Origin: a plasmid
Strand: one strand, 5' to 3'
Assembly (NCBI RefSeq): GCF_055900595.2
Contig: NZ_JBVWEU010000004.1
DNA: 41,714 nt
Made by a program: the position numbers and the translations under genes. Under the pieces are notes generated by a model. The model saw nothing but the letters and a program-made list of their open reading frames with translations. It made no database searches and was not told the DNA's origin. Positions 39,865-41,714 of the stretch are shown piece by piece. How positions within the stretch are numbered: the stretch's first letter is position 1; every line of letters starts with the position of its first letter.

Positions 39865-40637
39865 GCGGCCTCTTATCATATTCTCACCCGCAGCAGCCGG
39901 CGCAAATGCCGGTGGCCATTGACTATCCCGCCGCGCTGGCCCTGCGCCAGATGGCGCTCGTTCAAGATGAACTACCGAAATACCTGCTGGCACCGGAAGT
40001 CAGCGCCCTGCTCCATTATGTGCCCGATTTGCACCGCAAGATGCTGCTGGCAACCCTCTGGAACACCGGCGCACGTATCAACGAGGCGCTGGCGCTGACC
40101 CGGGGGGATTTTTCGCTGGTGCCACCGTATCCGTTCGTGCAGCTGGCCACGCTTAAGCAGCGCACCGAAAAAGCGGCCAGGACAGCCGGCCGAGCTCCCG
40201 CCGGTAGCCAGGCTCATCGTCTGGTTCCGCTTTCCGATCACCACTACGTCAGCCAGCTGCAGATGATGGTGGCCACCCTGAAAATTCCGCTGGAAAGACG
40301 CAACAAGCGTACCGGCAGAACAGAGAAAGCCCGCATCTGGGACATCACCGACCGGACAGTACGGACCTGGATTGGCGAAGCGGTTGAAGCGGCCGCCGTC
40401 GACGGGGTGACATTCTCGGTGCCGGTCACCCCGCATACGTTCCGCCACTCCTACGCGATGCATATGCTGTATGCCGGCATACCACTGAAGGTTTTGCAGA
40501 GCCTGATGGGCCACAAATCGATTAGCTCGACGGAAGTCTATACGAAGGTGTTCGCACTTGATGTTGCTGCGCGGCATCGAGTTCAGTTTCAGATGCCCGA
40601 AGCGGATGCGGTAGCCATGCTGAAAGGGAATATTTAA
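39861..40637 (+). CDS. resD: Tyrosine site-specific recombinase (plasmid ResD-like resolvase/integrase), 258 aa
   Basis: Catalytic signature TGARINEAL (R), HTFRHSYA (HxxR), LMGHKSISSTEVYT (H...Y). Confidence 0.85.
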   Translation: MSGLLSYSHPQQPAQMPVAIDYPAALALRQMALVQDELPKYLLAPEVSALLHYVPDLHRKMLLATLWNTGARINEALALTRGDFSLVPPYPFVQLATLKQRTEKAARTAGRAPAGSQAHRLVPLSDHHYVSQLQMMVATLKIPLERRNKRTGRTEKARIWDITDRTVRTWIGEAVEAAAVDGVTFSVPVTPHTFRHSYAMHMLYAGIPLKVLQSLMGHKSISSTEVYTKVFALDVAARHRVQFQMPEADAVAMLKGNI

Positions 40638-40694
40638 GTACTTAGGAGAATGATGCTGGCGAACGTCCTGCTCGCCGGGGAGGTCTGTCAGACG

Positions 40695-40952
40695 TTATCT
40701 GGACCAGCTGACGGGAATATCTGCTCTGTATTCTTCATACTGCTCATAGATCGCATGCTGAAGCATCGTAATACGTTCTGACAACCTGTTGGCGTCCGAC
40801 ATATGCCGCCATTCCCCCTCAATAGTGGTTTTCTGTCCATCCGGGAGATTGAGCGTGATCAATACCTTTGTATCACGAATAATCACCCCGTCAGTGAAAG
40901 AATTAAGACCACTCCTTACGGTATTATCTATCTGTATAGTTTCAAGTTTCAT
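40695..40952 (-). CDS. Hypothetical protein, 85 aa from ATG 40952
   Basis: Strong RBS AGGAGGT 7 nt upstream of MKLETIQ. The track start at 40985 lacks an RBS. Confidence 0.6.
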   Translation of the reverse strand: MKLETIQIDNTVRSGLNSFTDGVIIRDTKVLITLNLPDGQKTTIEGEWRHMSDANRLSERITMLQHAIYEQYEEYRADIPVSWSR

Positions 40953-41080
40953 CTTGTTACCTCCTGTTGACCGGATCCCAAGCATAGATATCTGAATTCA
41001 AATTGCCTAGTGAAATGTCTGGATATGCCGCATTTTTCCCCTTATACAGCGAAGCTGGCCAAAGGCCAGCCCGCTTGGAT

Positions 41081-41167
41081 TTATCGCTTTTGCCAGTAAA
41101 TCAGCATGGCAAGGAACAGGATTGTTGCCCCCTGAGAAGCGGTCAGGAAAGTTTCCAGCAATGACAT
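41081..41167 (-). CDS. Possible 28-aa hydrophobic peptide MSLLETFLTASQGATILFLAMLIYWQKR
   Basis: ATG preceded by GCGGAG. A TM-like core with a KR tail. Followed by the hairpin GCTGGCC-AAA-GGCCAGC (41054-41070). Below the ORF-track size cutoff. Confidence 0.3.
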   Translation of the reverse strand: MSLLETFLTASQGATILFLAMLIYWQKR

Positions 41168-41384
41168 TATCGTAAAACTCCGCATTATTCAGGTGTGTGA
41201 TTCAGGGGCCTTAGTCCCCCTTTTACAGGACGTAGTGTTCTGTCACGACGGAAGCCAGGGTTAATAAAAACGATTCGAATATGTCTGCAGGGACGATAGA
41301 AATCTTCGTGCGGGTTGTCTCGCTGTAGCCGGCTCTGGAGAGCGACTCGGGGGAGGAGTAGTATCTTCCGGCCACGGATATGAT

Positions 41385-41447
41385 CGAGCCAGCAGTGCTC
41401 GCCGCAGTCGAGCGACAGGGCGAAGCCCCGAGTGAGCGAGGAAGCAC
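41385..41447 (-). other. Second primosome-assembly-site-like element, inverted relative to 1388-1452
   Basis: The minus strand reads GTGCTTCCTCGCTCACTCGGGGCTTCGCCCTGTCGCTCGACTGCGGCGAGCAC. It shares GCTTCCTCGC and CTGCGGCGAGC blocks, at the same spacing, with 1397-1446. Confidence 0.45.
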
Positions 41448-41510
41448 CAGGGAACAAAACTTATAAATTCTGCTTACGCTCAATGCCTGAAAAATCACCT
41501 CCCCTCGGGG

Positions 41511-41527
41511 TTATCCACTTATCCACG
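41511..41527 (+). promoter_or_regulatory. Two overlapping DnaA boxes, TTATCCACT (41511-41519) and TTATCCACG (41519-41527)
   Basis: 8/9 matches to TTATCCACA, immediately before an AT-rich tract. Confidence 0.6.
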
Positions 41528-41530
41528 GGC

Positions 41531-41580
41531 ATATTTTTATAAAGTACTTTTTTATTCTTTTTCTTTATTTTACATCTTTT
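41531..41580. other. AT-rich putative DNA-unwinding region of oriV
   Basis: ATATTTTTATAAAGTACTTTTTTATTCTTTTTCTTTATTTTACATCTTTT lies between the DnaA boxes and the iterons. Confidence 0.55.
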
Positions 41581-41625
41581 AGGGAGCCTGAAAGCCGCGT
41601 ACAGTGCGGCCTGAGAGGGGGCCTG

Positions 41626-41714
41626 TATGGGCAACTGGTAAACATAATATGGGAAATTAATCACGTATCAGTGGGTTTTGTGTCAACAAGCTATGGGATA
41701 TGCATCAACAAGCT
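41626..41714 (+). repeat. Origin iterons: TATGGG-type units at exact 22-bp phasing (41626, 41648, 41670, 41692), with a fifth starting at 41714 and completed by window nt 1-21
   Basis: The unit core TATGGGAAAcAGGTCAAC is the reverse complement of the 36-bp-array core. The copy spanning the window ends matches it 16/18. Confidence 0.7.

Noticed and set aside
41185-41664. Three minus-strand ORFs (90, 91 and 67 aa) near the origin
   Set aside because: They overlap one another, the pas-like element, the DnaA boxes and the AT-rich region. They lack RBSs and are most likely non-coding origin DNA.

Overview
The window reads as an enterobacterial multidrug-resistance plasmid, probably a complete circle cut inside its origin. 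All family and element names below come from reading the sequence and from recalled reference sequences. No database search was run.

Backbone (about 1-7681 and 37462-41714). This has the IncR-like gene set:
- a Rep_3 initiator with 22-bp origin iterons, DnaA boxes and an AT-rich tract at the right end of the window, continuing into the left end, plus a 12 x 36-bp iteron array downstream of rep
- sopAB-like parAB
- LexA-controlled umuDC
- a group II intron ('retA')
- the vagCD (VapBC) toxin-antitoxin pair
- a resD-like tyrosine recombinase

Resistance mosaic (about 7682-37461, roughly 30 kb), in order:
- IS1
- a second, IS1-truncated Rep_3 gene that keeps its own 10 x 37-bp iteron array
- IS903, one complete copy and two fragments
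- an orphan DNA-binding-protein and repeat-array module
- the Tn1721 tet(A)-tetR-pecM module
- a 4950-bp Tn2/Tn3-type blaTEM-1 transposon inside the Tn1721 tnpA, with a TTGTT target duplication
- tnpR and res joined to a Tn21-style urf2::class 1 integron (strong Pc promoter; dfrA12-gcuF-aadA2-qacH)
- an IS256-family remnant, sul3, SDR and truncated mef(B)
- IS26
- a nested pile of a group II intron inside an IS3-family element, inside an IS2-like end, inside IS903

Most promising unexplained elements:
- the orf116 / membrane orf247 / recombinase operon and its structured upstream gap (38310-40637)
- the IS903-bracketed 128-aa protein with 11-bp-phased TGTAGT repeats (10699-11716)
- the orphan iteron array (8804-9155)
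- inverted primosome-assembly-like elements bracketing the replicon
- a 28-aa hydrophobic peptide gene (41081-41167)
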